Source: Armatimonadota bacterium (GTDB lineage Bacteria > Armatimonadota > UBA5829 > DTLH01). Taken from it: a stretch of 64,000 nt of DNA. The notes under the pieces were generated by a model. The model did not search any database and was not told where the DNA came from. It worked only from the letters and a program-made list of their open reading frames with translations. Shown piece after piece: positions 49,501-60,099 of this stretch; the first letter of the stretch is position 1, and every line of letters begins with the position of its first letter. The stretch covers positions 32,001 through 96,000 of the forward strand of contig JBBRAE010000004.1 in assembly GCA_038207085.1 (NCBI GenBank). Reading direction: 5' to 3'. Both the position numbers and the translations under genes were made by a program.

Positions 49501-51852
49501 TCACATCAGAACTGTGAGGGTCCAGTTTTCGGATATTGTCAGTCGTGGAAGTTTGACCCTGGCGCGGCGGGTATTCTCATCGAAAGCTGCCTCAAGCTCG
49601 CCGTCGAGATAGGAAACGCGGTTTGGAGCTTTATCAAGCACGATTTCGACTGTGTGGTCGCGCGTGTCGCCGAAGGCCTCGCCCCGGGTGCCTTTGCAGC
49701 GGACTTCGAGGGTGTCGCCGAGGTCGACAAGCTCGTAGCGTGTGGTGGCGAACTCGCCTCTGGTGTAACCCTGGGAGCGGCCGTCGTCTTCGTAGAGCGT
49801 CGTCCGTCCGTCGGCTCCTGGGAAGACCTCGAGTATCACCTCGGAGATATGACTTGCCGCGGGGGAGACGGCGTCGCTTTGGCGGGTGATGAGGCTTCCG
49901 GCGCGGACGTAGATGGGGATCTCGTCGAGCTGCGCGAACGTGTTGAACGTGCGCCCACCGGTGATCGACTCCCCAGTTCTGTAGTCGAACCACGCGCCTT
50001 CGGGCAGGTAGACGTCCCGGTCATACTTGGGCGTGAGCATCGGGGCGACGATCATCGAGTCGCCGAAGTAGAACTGGTCGAACCTGTAGCTCTCTGCGTC
50101 CTTTGGGTGATCGAAGAAGAGCCCGCGGGTGAGTGGGACGAACTCCTCGTACTGTCGACGGGCGTTTCTATATATATAGGGCATCAAGCTGTTTCGGAAA
50201 CTGAGCCACTTCTGGCAGTTTTTGTAGTTCTGCTCGCCGTAGTCCCAGGGCATGCGGCTCCCGGAGCCCGGCGAGCTGTGGAGGCGCAGCACGGGGTTGA
50301 ACGCGCCAAACTGCAGCCACCGCACGAAGAGTATCGGGTCGATTAGGGGTGTGCTGGGGTGGGCGAAGCCTCCGGTGTCGTGTGAGACGTAGGAGATACC
50401 GATGTGGCCCGCGCGGATGTTGAACTCGGCGAGCTTCTCGAGCACTTCCCACTGGCTCTGGGTGTCTCCGGTGAAGAATGTGCCGTAGCGGTGCGAACCG
50501 AACCCTCCGTAGCGGGACAGAAGCGCACCGCGGCGGTCATCGTGCTGCACGTTTTCAAAGAGCTGCTTGTTTAGTATGAGCTGGGAGTCGCTTCCGTTGA
50601 TCTTGCCGCGCGTGCCGTCCAGCCACCAGAAGTCCATGCCCTCTTTCACTTTTTCCGACAGGCAGATGTCTTCAAACACTTTGGCTTCGGCTTTGCTGCA
50701 GGGGTCGAGGTCGATCGAGTCTACGTCCTGCACATTTTCGTTCCAAGTTTTTACCCGGGACTCGCCGCCTGTCTCCGCAACGTAGGGGGCGAAGTGGGAG
50801 TCGTCGGCGACAATTCTCTCGGGGTGGACGTTTAGTGTGACCAAGAGCCCCCGATCATGGCACCACTTGAAGAACTCGGTGGGGTTGGGGTACATTTTCT
50901 CGTCCCAATCCCAGTGGCACCATCCCGCCTTGTGCCACTCCATGTCCACAACAAGCGTGGTGAGGGGCAGTCCCTCGCCAGCGAAGCGCTCGACGATCTC
51001 TTTGGCCTCCTTTTCGTCGTAGGCGGGCCAGCGGCAGAATATCAGGCCGAGCATGCTCTTTGGGGGCATCGGAGTGCGACCCGTGAGCTTGTGGAAGTTG
51101 CGCATGGCGGCTGTATAATCGTCGTTGTAGCAAAAGAAATAGTAGTCTTTGGCGCCGGGAGCGTTTCGTTCGATGGGGAAGTCTTCTTCGTCCATGACTG
51201 CTGAGATCGAGTCGTTTAGGAGGAAATACCCCGATCGGGAGAGCACCCCGACGCCGTACTCGCGCTGGTCGATGGTGTGGTTCACGGTGCGCGCCGGCAT
51301 CGCCTCAGGGATCAGCCTGACGCCTCTGTGCAGGCTCCCGATGCGGATCATCTGCTTCAGTTTGGCGTCGGCCCCGCTTCGTTTGTAGTAGGGGACGTCC
51401 TCCTCGCTGCAGAGTTGGGAGAGGTGGACGTTGGCCTTTGCGTCGGGCGCGGACTCGTCTGCGGTGTGGACGCCGTCGATGGTGGTGTAGCGCTCAAAGA
51501 TATCGAGAGATTTAACCGTGCCTCCGAGGTTCATGTGGTCGCGGTCGCCGGGCCTCCAGTAGTGCTCGAGTCCGTCGCGATTCCAGCGCACTTCGAGGTT
51601 CCCCTCGAAAAAGTCCTTGTCGTGCTCCCGTGAGATGATCGTGAGCATGCTCGTAGAAAGATAAACGCCGTCGGGCTTCTCTTCCACGGACTGAAAAGGA
51701 GTCGTCTCGCGCTCAGCGTAGGCGACGATGCTTCGCCTGTCTTGAAACTCGCCCGTAGGCGAAAACTCCATCCGAACCAGTCCCGGGGATATGCAAGTGA
51801 ACCTGCGGCGGCCAAGCGTGACCGTGTCCGCAGAAGAAATTGTGTTTGTCAT
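49501..51852 (-). CDS. Glycoside hydrolase family 31
   Basis: VVDMEWH, FWWLD nucleophile, FTGDT acid/base, LRLHS, LYEDDG. Confidence 0.92.
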   Translation of the reverse strand: MTNTISSADTVTLGRRRFTCISPGLVRMEFSPTGEFQDRRSIVAYAERETTPFQSVEEKPDGVYLSTSMLTIISREHDKDFFEGNLEVRWNRDGLEHYWRPGDRDHMNLGGTVKSLDIFERYTTIDGVHTADESAPDAKANVHLSQLCSEEDVPYYKRSGADAKLKQMIRIGSLHRGVRLIPEAMPARTVNHTIDQREYGVGVLSRSGYFLLNDSISAVMDEEDFPIERNAPGAKDYYFFCYNDDYTAAMRNFHKLTGRTPMPPKSMLGLIFCRWPAYDEKEAKEIVERFAGEGLPLTTLVVDMEWHKAGWCHWDWDEKMYPNPTEFFKWCHDRGLLVTLNVHPERIVADDSHFAPYVAETGGESRVKTWNENVQDVDSIDLDPCSKAEAKVFEDICLSEKVKEGMDFWWLDGTRGKINGSDSQLILNKQLFENVQHDDRRGALLSRYGGFGSHRYGTFFTGDTQSQWEVLEKLAEFNIRAGHIGISYVSHDTGGFAHPSTPLIDPILFVRWLQFGAFNPVLRLHSSPGSGSRMPWDYGEQNYKNCQKWLSFRNSLMPYIYRNARRQYEEFVPLTRGLFFDHPKDAESYRFDQFYFGDSMIVAPMLTPKYDRDVYLPEGAWFDYRTGESITGGRTFNTFAQLDEIPIYVRAGSLITRQSDAVSPAASHISEVILEVFPGADGRTTLYEDDGRSQGYTRGEFATTRYELVDLGDTLEVRCKGTRGEAFGDTRDHTVEIVLDKAPNRVSYLDGELEAAFDENTRRARVKLPRLTISENWTLTVLM

Positions 51853-52205
51853 CTGAAAAGTTACCTCAAGTGCCTTGGTGTCATAGAATAACTTCGAGGC
51901 GGCGGGCGCGGTTTCCTTCGGTTGGGGGTTTTGGATTGATCTATAGTTGAGAGATGGTGGTCGCTCTCATACATTTCACCCAAGCCAACCCCTCACCCTG
52001 AGGCTCTCGAACGGTGCGCTAGACAAATCTCTCAATATACTACAACAAATGTGAGCTGCAACCAATGCCGAACCACCATTGCAGAGTATGTTGATTAATT
52101 TAGTAAAGATTTATTGCTCGAATGTCTGTTAAGCTCTAGCGAAACGGAACGGTTTCTGGTATCATAAAGGGGTCTTTTGGAACCATAATGAAGGGTGCTG
52201 AGATA

Positions 52206-53096
52206 ATGAGTGAACTAGAGAAGTCAACCTGGAGAACTAAAGTCGGCCTTGCTGAGATGCTGAAGGGCGGCGTTATCATGGACGTCACCAACGCTGAGCA
52301 AGCCAAGATTGCTGAGGATGCCGGCGCGGTGGCCGTTATGGCGCTTGAGAGGGTCCCGTCCGATATCCGCAAAGATGGCGGTGTGGCCAGGATGGCTGAT
52401 CCCAATGTCATACTTGAGATTATGTCCGTCGTCACCATACCCGTGATGGCAAAGGCCAGAATCGGTCACTTTGTAGAGGCGCAGATACTTGAGAGCCTCG
52501 GCGTCGACTACATAGACGAGTCCGAGGTGCTTACCCCGGCAGACGAGATGTATCACATCGACAAGCACAAGTTCAGCGTGCCGTTTGTCTGCGGATGCCG
52601 CGATCTTGGCGAGGCGCTTCGGCGAATCGGCGAAGGCGCTGCGATGATCCGCACCAAGGGTGAGGCGGGCTCAGGCAATATCGTCGAGGCGGTTCGTCAC
52701 ATGAGAAGCGTCATAAGCGAGATGCGGCGCATTCAGGGGATGGCCAAAGAAGAACTGATGGCTACGGCCAAGAACCTCGGTGCGCCATACGAGCTGGTCC
52801 TTGAGATTCATGAGACTGGCAAGCTCCCCGTGCCGAACTTCTCGGCAGGTGGCGTTGCGACCCCGGCTGACGCTGCGCTTATGATGCAGCTTGGCGCTGA
52901 AGCGGTGTTTGTCGGCTCCGGAATCTTCAAGAGCGAAGACCCGGCCCAGCGCGCAAAAGCGATCGTTGATGCGACTACGCACTTCGACAAACCCGACATG
53001 CTCGCGGAGCTCTCCAAGGGGCTTGGAAGCGCGATGCCCGGGCTGGATATCCGCCAGATGGACGAAAAGGAGCTTATGTCGGTTCGTGGCTGGTAA
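52206..53096 (+). CDS. pdxS: Pyridoxal 5'-phosphate synthase lyase subunit
   Basis: [32 protein letters not shown]. Confidence 0.98.
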   Translation: MSELEKSTWRTKVGLAEMLKGGVIMDVTNAEQAKIAEDAGAVAVMALERVPSDIRKDGGVARMADPNVILEIMSVVTIPVMAKARIGHFVEAQILESLGVDYIDESEVLTPADEMYHIDKHKFSVPFVCGCRDLGEALRRIGEGAAMIRTKGEAGSGNIVEAVRHMRSVISEMRRIQGMAKEELMATAKNLGAPYELVLEIHETGKLPVPNFSAGGVATPADAALMMQLGAEAVFVGSGIFKSEDPAQRAKAIVDATTHFDKPDMLAELSKGLGSAMPGLDIRQMDEKELMSVRGW

Positions 53097-53688
53097 GGAT
53101 AGACCAATCAAAATAGGTGTTCTGGCGCTCCAGGGAGATTTCGCAAAGCATATCGAAACCCTGGAGCGTCTGGGTGTACAGGCGGTCCCGATCAGGCTTC
53201 CCGCCGAGCTGTCGCGCGTCGACGGGCTTGTTATACCCGGCGGGGAGAGCACGACCGTCGGGAAACTTATGTCGCGCTTCGGTGTGGACGAGGTGATAGT
53301 GCGTCGAGTCGAAGAGGGGATGCCCGTCTTTGGCACCTGCACGGGGATGATACTCCTCGCAAGTGGGATCGAGGGAAGCGACCAGCCCAGGCTTGGGCTT
53401 ATGAATATCACCGTGCGCCGCAACGCGTTTGGCCGCCAGGTCGACAGCTTTGAGGCCGATCTCGATGTCTCCGAGATCGGCGGCGACCCGGTGCGGGCGG
53501 TGTTTATCCGCGCGCCGCTTGTGACCGAGATGAAAAACGGCGCAAGAGCGCTTGCGCAGCTTGAGGACGGCGGGGTGGTGTTTGTCCGTGAAAACAACCG
53601 TCTTGCCGCCGCGTTTCACCCCGAACTGACCGATGACACGCGGGTTCACCAGTATTTTATTGATATGGTGAAAGAATCTTTGTCGTAG
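53086..53688 (+). CDS. pdxT: PLP synthase glutaminase subunit
   Basis: [28 protein letters not shown] start overlaps pdxS. Confidence 0.96.
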   Translation: MAGKDRPIKIGVLALQGDFAKHIETLERLGVQAVPIRLPAELSRVDGLVIPGGESTTVGKLMSRFGVDEVIVRRVEEGMPVFGTCTGMILLASGIEGSDQPRLGLMNITVRRNAFGRQVDSFEADLDVSEIGGDPVRAVFIRAPLVTEMKNGARALAQLEDGGVVFVRENNRLAAAFHPELTDDTRVHQYFIDMVKESLS

Positions 53689-53777
53689 ACCTGTAAATAT
53701 TACCTGTAAAGGCCCGATAATCTGTTCAGGAGCAGAAAACTCTGTGTTGAGTTTTCTCAAATGCAGCCAAACGACCC

Positions 53778-53806
53778 TTGACAGTGCAGGGCTCGCATGC
53801 TATATT
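53778..53806 (+). promoter_or_regulatory. Sigma70 promoter
   Basis: TTGACA-17-TATATT with TG extension. Confidence 0.7.
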
Positions 53807-53980
53807 GAAGTTGCGTAGATTAACTGTTTTTTTTAGCATCGAGCAAGTTTTTACTTGGCCCGTGCGTGTGACTCAAACTTTGAGCGGGTATATACCAGCG
53901 TAAGCGAGGAGTCGCCGGCGATAGGGGACGCCGACAGCGGGTTCAGGAAGCCCTGCATAGGGCTGCAGGAAGGGAGAACC

Positions 53981-54715
53981 GTGAAAACCTCTAAGGGTTT
54001 CACACTTGCAGAACTGTTGGTGGTGGTGGCGATTATTGCCATCTTGGCAGCAATCCTGTTTCCTGTAATTCGGCAGGCACAGGACACTGCAAGGATGCGC
54101 GTGTGCGCCTCCAACCTAAAGCAACTTGGGCTTGCCTTCAGGATGTACCTGGACGACAACAACGGGTTTGCTACGCCTGATACTCCCTACGACAGCGATA
54201 ACCACGCTCTTCGCCCCGAACCGCTAAGGCGCTACCTGCAGGAAAGGCCTGTTTCAAGCTCTGAGAAACATCCCAAGCGTTTGTGGATATGCCCCGGAGA
54301 CAATGGGTTCGTCAATGAGCCACCAAGGTGGAAGTACAAAGATCAGTTGGCATCAAGCTACTACTACTGCTACGGAGCCTACCTCGCGAACAGCGGATGG
54401 CGTAACAGAGACGTCGTAGATCACACTACAGCGGAGTACACGCCAAGAAGACCCGACCAGTGGGCAAGGCCAAGCCGTGACCTGCTCATGGCTGACTATG
54501 GTGCGAACTTCCATCTGGGGTGGAAGAATAACGATGCCGATAGCGGGCTCTCCTACTCGGTCAAGTGCATCAACATGCTGATGCTCGACGGCCACGTGGT
54601 AGTGGGAACCTCCTGGGAAAGGCACGATGCGAACAACTATTACGCTTGCGTAGCTGACAACCCATACTCATCTAACTACGCTCCGGGCCTCGTTCGTAAA
54701 CATGTGGCGAATTAG
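53981..54715 (+). CDS. Prepilin-type N-terminal cleavage/methylation protein (DUF1559/H-X9-DG-like)
   Basis: [46 protein letters not shown]. Confidence 0.88.
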   Translation: MKTSKGFTLAELLVVVAIIAILAAILFPVIRQAQDTARMRVCASNLKQLGLAFRMYLDDNNGFATPDTPYDSDNHALRPEPLRRYLQERPVSSSEKHPKRLWICPGDNGFVNEPPRWKYKDQLASSYYYCYGAYLANSGWRNRDVVDHTTAEYTPRRPDQWARPSRDLLMADYGANFHLGWKNNDADSGLSYSVKCINMLMLDGHVVVGTSWERHDANNYYACVADNPYSSNYAPGLVRKHVAN

Positions 54716-54746
54716 CAGGTTCGATCTCATATTTGTATTGAATGTA

Positions 54747-54782
54747 AAAGGGCTCTCGCACAATTGCGAGAGCCCTTTGTTG
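54747..54782. terminator. Rho-independent terminator
   Basis: AAAGGGCTCTCGCA-CAAT-TGCGAGAGCCCTTT. Confidence 0.85.
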
Positions 54783-54823
54783 ATTTTACGGCTAGTGTTG
54801 GATTAACCTGAATTTTGTGTTTT

Positions 54824-54862
54824 TAGCGAGAGCTTTATTCGCTTCACGAATAAAGCGGGCTA
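54824..54862. repeat. Repeat family A copy 6 (half element)
   Basis: TAGCGAGAGCTTTATTCG..CGAATAAAGCGGGCTA; the terminal CTA is the stop codon of the adjacent ORF. Confidence 0.85.
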
Positions 54863-55408
54863 GCTGTTTAGTGTCGGGAAACCCTTGCTGCCGGAGCGCT
54901 GCCTTTGACACGCGGGGCAGAGCGCGGCCCCGAAGGTCTTTACGCTGTAGTCGTACTGCCCCTTGGTCATCTCCCTGCCGCAGCCTTCGCTTGAACAGAA
55001 GAGTTTTCCCGACTGGCCGGACTTGGAACCTGCCTCGGCGCGTGCTGGGACGCCCATCGGCTGCGGGGTGTCTACGATCCGCTCGCCTTCCTCAAGTTCG
55101 GGGGCGAACTGGGTGCCGTAGCCGCAGACCGCGAGCGCTCGACCGATTGCTCCGGTTTCGGCTTTCTCGGCAAAGTCAGGGAAACCGCGCGCGGTTTCCA
55201 TCTTGGTGCCGGTGCCTACGGGTTTGCCTTCAGTGTTTAAGACCGTCGCCTTAAAGACCGCGTAGCCCCGCTCGATGTCTATCATCGCAGGTTCGGTCAC
55301 GATCGCCCAGTCCGGGTGCTCCTCACGGAACCACACCAGCCGCTGCGCGACCGGAAGATACTCCCTGCCGCCCTGGATTTTTATCAGTGCTTTCTTTACG
55401 TCAAACAT
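54860..55408 (-). CDS. Rad52/Erf-like ssDNA-annealing-type protein with C-terminal Zn finger
   Basis: YLPVAQRL.WF..EHP..VFKA..EKAETGAIGRAL..G; CSSEGC...CPAC. Confidence 0.55.
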   Translation of the reverse strand: MFDVKKALIKIQGGREYLPVAQRLVWFREEHPDWAIVTEPAMIDIERGYAVFKATVLNTEGKPVGTGTKMETARGFPDFAEKAETGAIGRALAVCGYGTQFAPELEEGERIVDTPQPMGVPARAEAGSKSGQSGKLFCSSEGCGREMTKGQYDYSVKTFGAALCPACQRQRSGSKGFPTLNS

Positions 55409-55484
55409 TTTGATACCTCTGGGATTAGGGAATCCCCTTTGAGCTTCGGGGAGGCGATTCGTAGATCATCTCCCATCAGAGTTA

Positions 55485-56513
55485 TTATGCCGCCGCCTGC
55501 ATGTCCTCGGTTACTTCGGACTCAAGGACCGCCGTCGGCGCTGCCTGTTCTCTGAGCTTTTGCTCGAGTTCGTCAAGGAGCGCGGGGTTCTCTTGAAGGA
55601 AGAGTTTCGCGTTTTCTCTGCCCTGTGCGAGCCTCTGCTCGCCGTAGTTAAACCACGTGCCCGACTTTTCGACAAGCCCTGCATCAACCGCCATATCGAG
55701 AATCGCGCCGGATTTGGATATGCCCCGGCCGAACATAATGTCGAACTCAGCCTGCCTAAACGGCGGGGCGACCTTGTTCTTCACGACCTTGGCGCGGGTT
55801 CGGTTGCCGACAATATCGGTCCCGGACTTAAGGCTGTCGACCCGGCGCACCTCAAGGCGCACGCTCGCCCAGAACTTGAGCGCCCGGCCTCCGGGGGTAG
55901 TCTCCGGGTTGCCGAACATCACGCCGATCTTTTCTCGTATCTGGTTGATGAAGACGACCGCCGTATTGGAGTGCGACGCTCCGGCGGCGAGCTTCCTCAG
56001 CGCCTGGCTCATCAGCCGTGCCTGCAAACCCACGTGGGTGTCGCCCATATCCCCTTCCATCTCGGCTTTGGGGACGAGCGCCGCGACCGAGTCGATGACG
56101 ATGATGTCGATCGCCCCGCTTCGCACCAGCCCGTCGACGATCTCAAGCGCCTCTTCACCGGACCCCGGCTGGGAGACGAGCAGCTCATCGATGTTGACGC
56201 CGAGGTTGCGGGCGTAGTCGGGATCTACCGCGTGCTCCGCGTCGATGAACGCCGCTACCCCGCCCGCTTTCTGTGCTTCAGCGATCAGGTGCAGGCCGAG
56301 GGTCGTCTTGCCTGAGGCCTCCGGGCCGTAGATCTCGGTCATCCTGCCGCGGGGCACCCCTCCGACGCCAAGCGCAATATCCAGTGGAAGCGCGCCGGTG
56401 CGGATGACATCCACAGCAGTTATGGTGGATTCACCAAGCTTCATGATGGAGCCTTTTCCAAACTGCTTTTCGATCTGCAAGAGTGCCAGATCAAGAGCTT
56501 TTTGTTTATCCAT
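55485..56513 (-). CDS. recA: Recombinase RecA
   Basis: [39 protein letters not shown] at 56513 with GGAGG RBS. Confidence 0.99.
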   Translation of the reverse strand: MDKQKALDLALLQIEKQFGKGSIMKLGESTITAVDVIRTGALPLDIALGVGGVPRGRMTEIYGPEASGKTTLGLHLIAEAQKAGGVAAFIDAEHAVDPDYARNLGVNIDELLVSQPGSGEEALEIVDGLVRSGAIDIIVIDSVAALVPKAEMEGDMGDTHVGLQARLMSQALRKLAAGASHSNTAVVFINQIREKIGVMFGNPETTPGGRALKFWASVRLEVRRVDSLKSGTDIVGNRTRAKVVKNKVAPPFRQAEFDIMFGRGISKSGAILDMAVDAGLVEKSGTWFNYGEQRLAQGRENAKLFLQENPALLDELEQKLREQAAPTAVLESEVTEDMQAAA

Positions 56514-56527
56514 ATAACCTCCGGCGG

Positions 56528-56717
56528 GCACATAAGTTCGGTGCGCCGCCACTGTTTTGTGCGACTCTTCACAGATATCTGGCGCCGGACATCGGGTATT
56601 TCGAGTCGGATAATGGGGACTGAGCACTCCGATTTCAGGCGCGGATGTCGGCGTTAAATTGTCGCTATAATGTTGTTTTTACGTCTTTATTATAGCACAA
56701 ACGTTCGATTTAGGCAA
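56528..56717 (-). promoter_or_regulatory. recA promoter with two putative LexA boxes
   Basis: Minus strand TTGCCT-17-TATAAT (56717-56689); CGAAC-N4-GTGC at 56695-56707 (in the spacer) and 56528-56540. Confidence 0.75.
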
Positions 56718-57015
56718 CTGTGTGAACTGCATAGATCGCCGTTAAAAACTTAGCATAATTACCTGAGGGATTGGGCGCATTGTTCCGAATATGAAAGGTA
56801 CAGTGTGGTGTAAGCAGGAAAGCGCGTGACACACCGATGGCGCTAAATGCGCCGTCTCATAAGGCTGGCGCGGGTAGCGCCACCGGGGTCAGGTCACGGG
56901 CGAATACGAATACCTGCATCATACACTGCTACCTCAGTGGGGCGCCGGTCATTACCCCATTGCAGCAGGAAGCTGCGGGCCGCAGTGTGGCGGTTCGAGG
57001 GTTGGGGGTGTTTGT

Positions 57016-59928
57016 ATGGGCGAAGTCGATCGTAGGCGGCAGAGCTACCAGTCGGGGACAACTGTGTCACAGAAGACACTGTTGGGTGATATTGGGGAAC
57101 GGCGTCTCCTCACGGAGCAGATCGTTGTTCTTCAGTCCCTGCTTGACGCTATTCCCGCGCCAGTTTTCTTCAAGGACAAAAGCCTCAGTTACGTCGGATG
57201 CAACCAGGCCTTGTTGGAGTTTGTTGGCAAGGGCCGGAGCGAGCTTGTGGGCAGGAGCGTCGGCGACCTCGTAGATGAGAGCCGAGCTGAGCAGTTGCGC
57301 CGCGCCGATGCGGTGATTCTTTCAGGCGGCGAACCCCAGATATGTGACAGCGTCTTTACCCGTGCCGACGGGTGTGATCGCACCATAAGAATCTACAAGG
57401 CGGCGTTTCGTGATGCTTCCGGCGAAATCTCCGGGATAATCGGTGTTATGACCGACTTGACGGAGCTAAAGAACGTCGATGCCAGGCTAGACGAGGCGCG
57501 CCAGTTTATGGATACGGTCATATCAAGCGCTGGCGCTGGAGTGGTCGTATACGACAGAGAGCTTCGCCACCTTCTCTGGAACAGCTTCATGGAGAAGCTC
57601 ACGGGCCTCAGCCCCGATCAGGTGCTCGGGCGACACGCGCCAGACCTGTTTCCTCATCTCAGAAGCCCCGAAATTGTCGCGATCTTCAATCAGGTGCTAG
57701 CAGGTGAGACCATCACTGTGGAGGACGTGTCTTACTCTGTTCCTCAGACCGGTTTTTCCGGCTGGGTCTCATCGCAGTATACGCCTCACAAGGATGCAAA
57801 AGGTGAGATTATCGGCGTGATAGGCCTTGTGCGCGATGTCACCGAGCGCAAGCTCGCTGAGGAGTCGCTTCGGGAAAACGAGCGGAAATACCGCACACTT
57901 TTTGAAAACTCACCCGAAGGCCTCGTGATGATGACCGATGTGTTCCTGGACTGCAACGACGTGCTGTGCAAAATGTTCGGATGCAGCAGGGAGGACATAA
58001 TCGGCCACTCTCCAATCGACTTTTCACCAGAACGCCAACCCGATGGGCGCGCTTCGTCTGAGGCGTCGGCCAAGCATGTTGCGGCGGCTCTTTGCGGCAC
58101 GCCTCAGTTCTTCTCGTGGCAGCACAACAGGCGTGATGGGGTGACGATCGACGTTGAGATATCGCTAAACGCAGTCGATATCAAGGGCAGGCGCATTCTG
58201 CAGGCGATAATCAGGGACGTGACCGACCGCAAACGCGCCGAGTCCGAAGTCCGCGAGACGACCGCGCTTCTGCGAGGCGTCTTTGACGGCATTACCGACC
58301 CCATTTTGCTCCTGAAGCCCGACCTTGAGATCGTCAGGCTGAACCAGGCTGCGGAAAAGATGCTCGGAGCACCCTCGGAGCGGGCCATCGGGAAGAAGTG
58401 TTTTCATGTCAAAGGCAAGGAGTCTCCCTGCACCGGCTGCTCTGTTCGCACGTCAATTGGGACCGCTGCGCGCGCAAGCGCCGAGATATACGACGCGGAG
58501 TCCGACTCCTGGCTTGAGACCAACTCCTATCCTATCACGGACGAAGCAGGCCAGCTTGTGATGATCGTCGAGCACGTGCGGGACATCAGCGAAAAGAAGT
58601 CGCACCAGGCGCAGCTTCATCAGATGGCCCACTATGACCCGCTGAGCGGGCTTCCCAACAGGTTTCTCTTCAGTGAAAGGCTGCGCAACGGGCTTACCGA
58701 AGCGCGCAACCGTGGAGGTCGGCTTGCGGTACTGTTCCTTGATGTCGACGGGTTCAAGCTCGTAAACGACAGCCTTGGGCACAACGCCGGTGATGTGTTG
58801 ATCAAGCAGATCGCGACGCGGCTGCGGGCGACGATGCGTGAAGCTGATGTGGTTGCGAGGATGGGCGGTGACGAGTTCACCGTGATGCTCCCCTGCATCA
58901 GGAACAACCCGGATGCGGCCAAGGTGGCAAGAAAGATTCTCTCAGCGCTTTCCGAGCCGTTCACAGTGGGCGGCGTGGAGCACTTTATAAGCGCAAGCAT
59001 CGGGATAAGCGTGTATCCCGGCGACGGTGAGGACGCCGAAAGTCTCGTCAAGAACGCCGACACCGCGATGTATGGCGCAAAGGAACGCGGGCGCAACACC
59101 TATCACCTTTATACCGAGGAGATGAACATCGCCGCAGTCGAACGGATGACGCTCGGCAACAGCTTGCGCCACGCGCTTGAGCGGGAGGAGTTTGTGCTTC
59201 ACTATCAGCCCAGAGTAGACCTGCTCTCGGGAGACACGCTTGGGTCTGAGGCGCTCTTGCGCTGGCGGCGTCCGGGGATCGGGCTAGTATATCCCGACAA
59301 GTTCATCCCGACCGCTGAGGAAACCGGCTTGATATCAAGCATGGGCGAGTGGGTGCTTCGCGAGGCCTGCGCGCAGAATATGGAGTGGCAGCGTCAGGGG
59401 ATGCGCCACATTCAGGTCGCCGTCAATATCTCCGCGCGCCAGTTTCAGCGCCGCAACCTGCCATCGCTTGTCCGGCGGGTGCTCGGCGAAACGGGGCTTG
59501 AGTCGCGCTGGCTTGATCTTGAGCTCACCGAAAGCATCTTGATGCAGGACCCGGAGCTTACAGCGGCGCAGCTGTCGCGGCTGAAGAACATGGGCGTGTC
59601 GCTCTCGATCGACGACTTTGGGACGGGGTATTCGTCGCTTAGTTACCTGCAGAAGTTCCCCGTGGACGCGGTCAAGATCGACAAGTCGTTTATCAGAGAC
59701 ATTACGACGAACCCCGAAAGCGCCGCGATAACCAAGGCGATCGTCGCTATGGCCGACAGCCTCCATCTCCGAGTGATCGCCGAGGGCGTCGAGACGCTTG
59801 CGCAGGTTGACACGCTAAAGGAGCTCGGCTGCAGGGAGATTCAAGGGTATTTCATCAGCCGCCCGGTGCCGCAGGCGGAGTTCTCGCAGATACTTCGCGG
59901 CTCAAACGACTGGCTTCGGGCAGCTTAA
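57016..59928 (+). CDS. Multi-PAS diguanylate cyclase/phosphodiesterase (GGDEF-EAL)
   Basis: Four PAS/PAC repeats, RMGGDEF, EAL, DDFGTGYSS. Confidence 0.95.
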   Translation: MGEVDRRRQSYQSGTTVSQKTLLGDIGERRLLTEQIVVLQSLLDAIPAPVFFKDKSLSYVGCNQALLEFVGKGRSELVGRSVGDLVDESRAEQLRRADAVILSGGEPQICDSVFTRADGCDRTIRIYKAAFRDASGEISGIIGVMTDLTELKNVDARLDEARQFMDTVISSAGAGVVVYDRELRHLLWNSFMEKLTGLSPDQVLGRHAPDLFPHLRSPEIVAIFNQVLAGETITVEDVSYSVPQTGFSGWVSSQYTPHKDAKGEIIGVIGLVRDVTERKLAEESLRENERKYRTLFENSPEGLVMMTDVFLDCNDVLCKMFGCSREDIIGHSPIDFSPERQPDGRASSEASAKHVAAALCGTPQFFSWQHNRRDGVTIDVEISLNAVDIKGRRILQAIIRDVTDRKRAESEVRETTALLRGVFDGITDPILLLKPDLEIVRLNQAAEKMLGAPSERAIGKKCFHVKGKESPCTGCSVRTSIGTAARASAEIYDAESDSWLETNSYPITDEAGQLVMIVEHVRDISEKKSHQAQLHQMAHYDPLSGLPNRFLFSERLRNGLTEARNRGGRLAVLFLDVDGFKLVNDSLGHNAGDVLIKQIATRLRATMREADVVARMGGDEFTVMLPCIRNNPDAAKVARKILSALSEPFTVGGVEHFISASIGISVYPGDGEDAESLVKNADTAMYGAKERGRNTYHLYTEEMNIAAVERMTLGNSLRHALEREEFVLHYQPRVDLLSGDTLGSEALLRWRRPGIGLVYPDKFIPTAEETGLISSMGEWVLREACAQNMEWQRQGMRHIQVAVNISARQFQRRNLPSLVRRVLGETGLESRWLDLELTESILMQDPELTAAQLSRLKNMGVSLSIDDFGTGYSSLSYLQKFPVDAVKIDKSFIRDITTNPESAAITKAIVAMADSLHLRVIAEGVETLAQVDTLKELGCREIQGYFISRPVPQAEFSQILRGSNDWLRAA

Positions 59929-60099
59929 AGGCTTCGACTCACACGGGTCGAGGGTAGGGAACGGGAGGCGGCCGCCCCGGTGTACCGTGGCACGGGGAGC
60001 TTCCATTGTGGAAAACTCGTGGATTCCTGGGTAAACTTCCCCGTATGCTGTAGAGCTTGCTGATTGCCGCAGGGGCGCTTGTGCGATATAATCTATATT

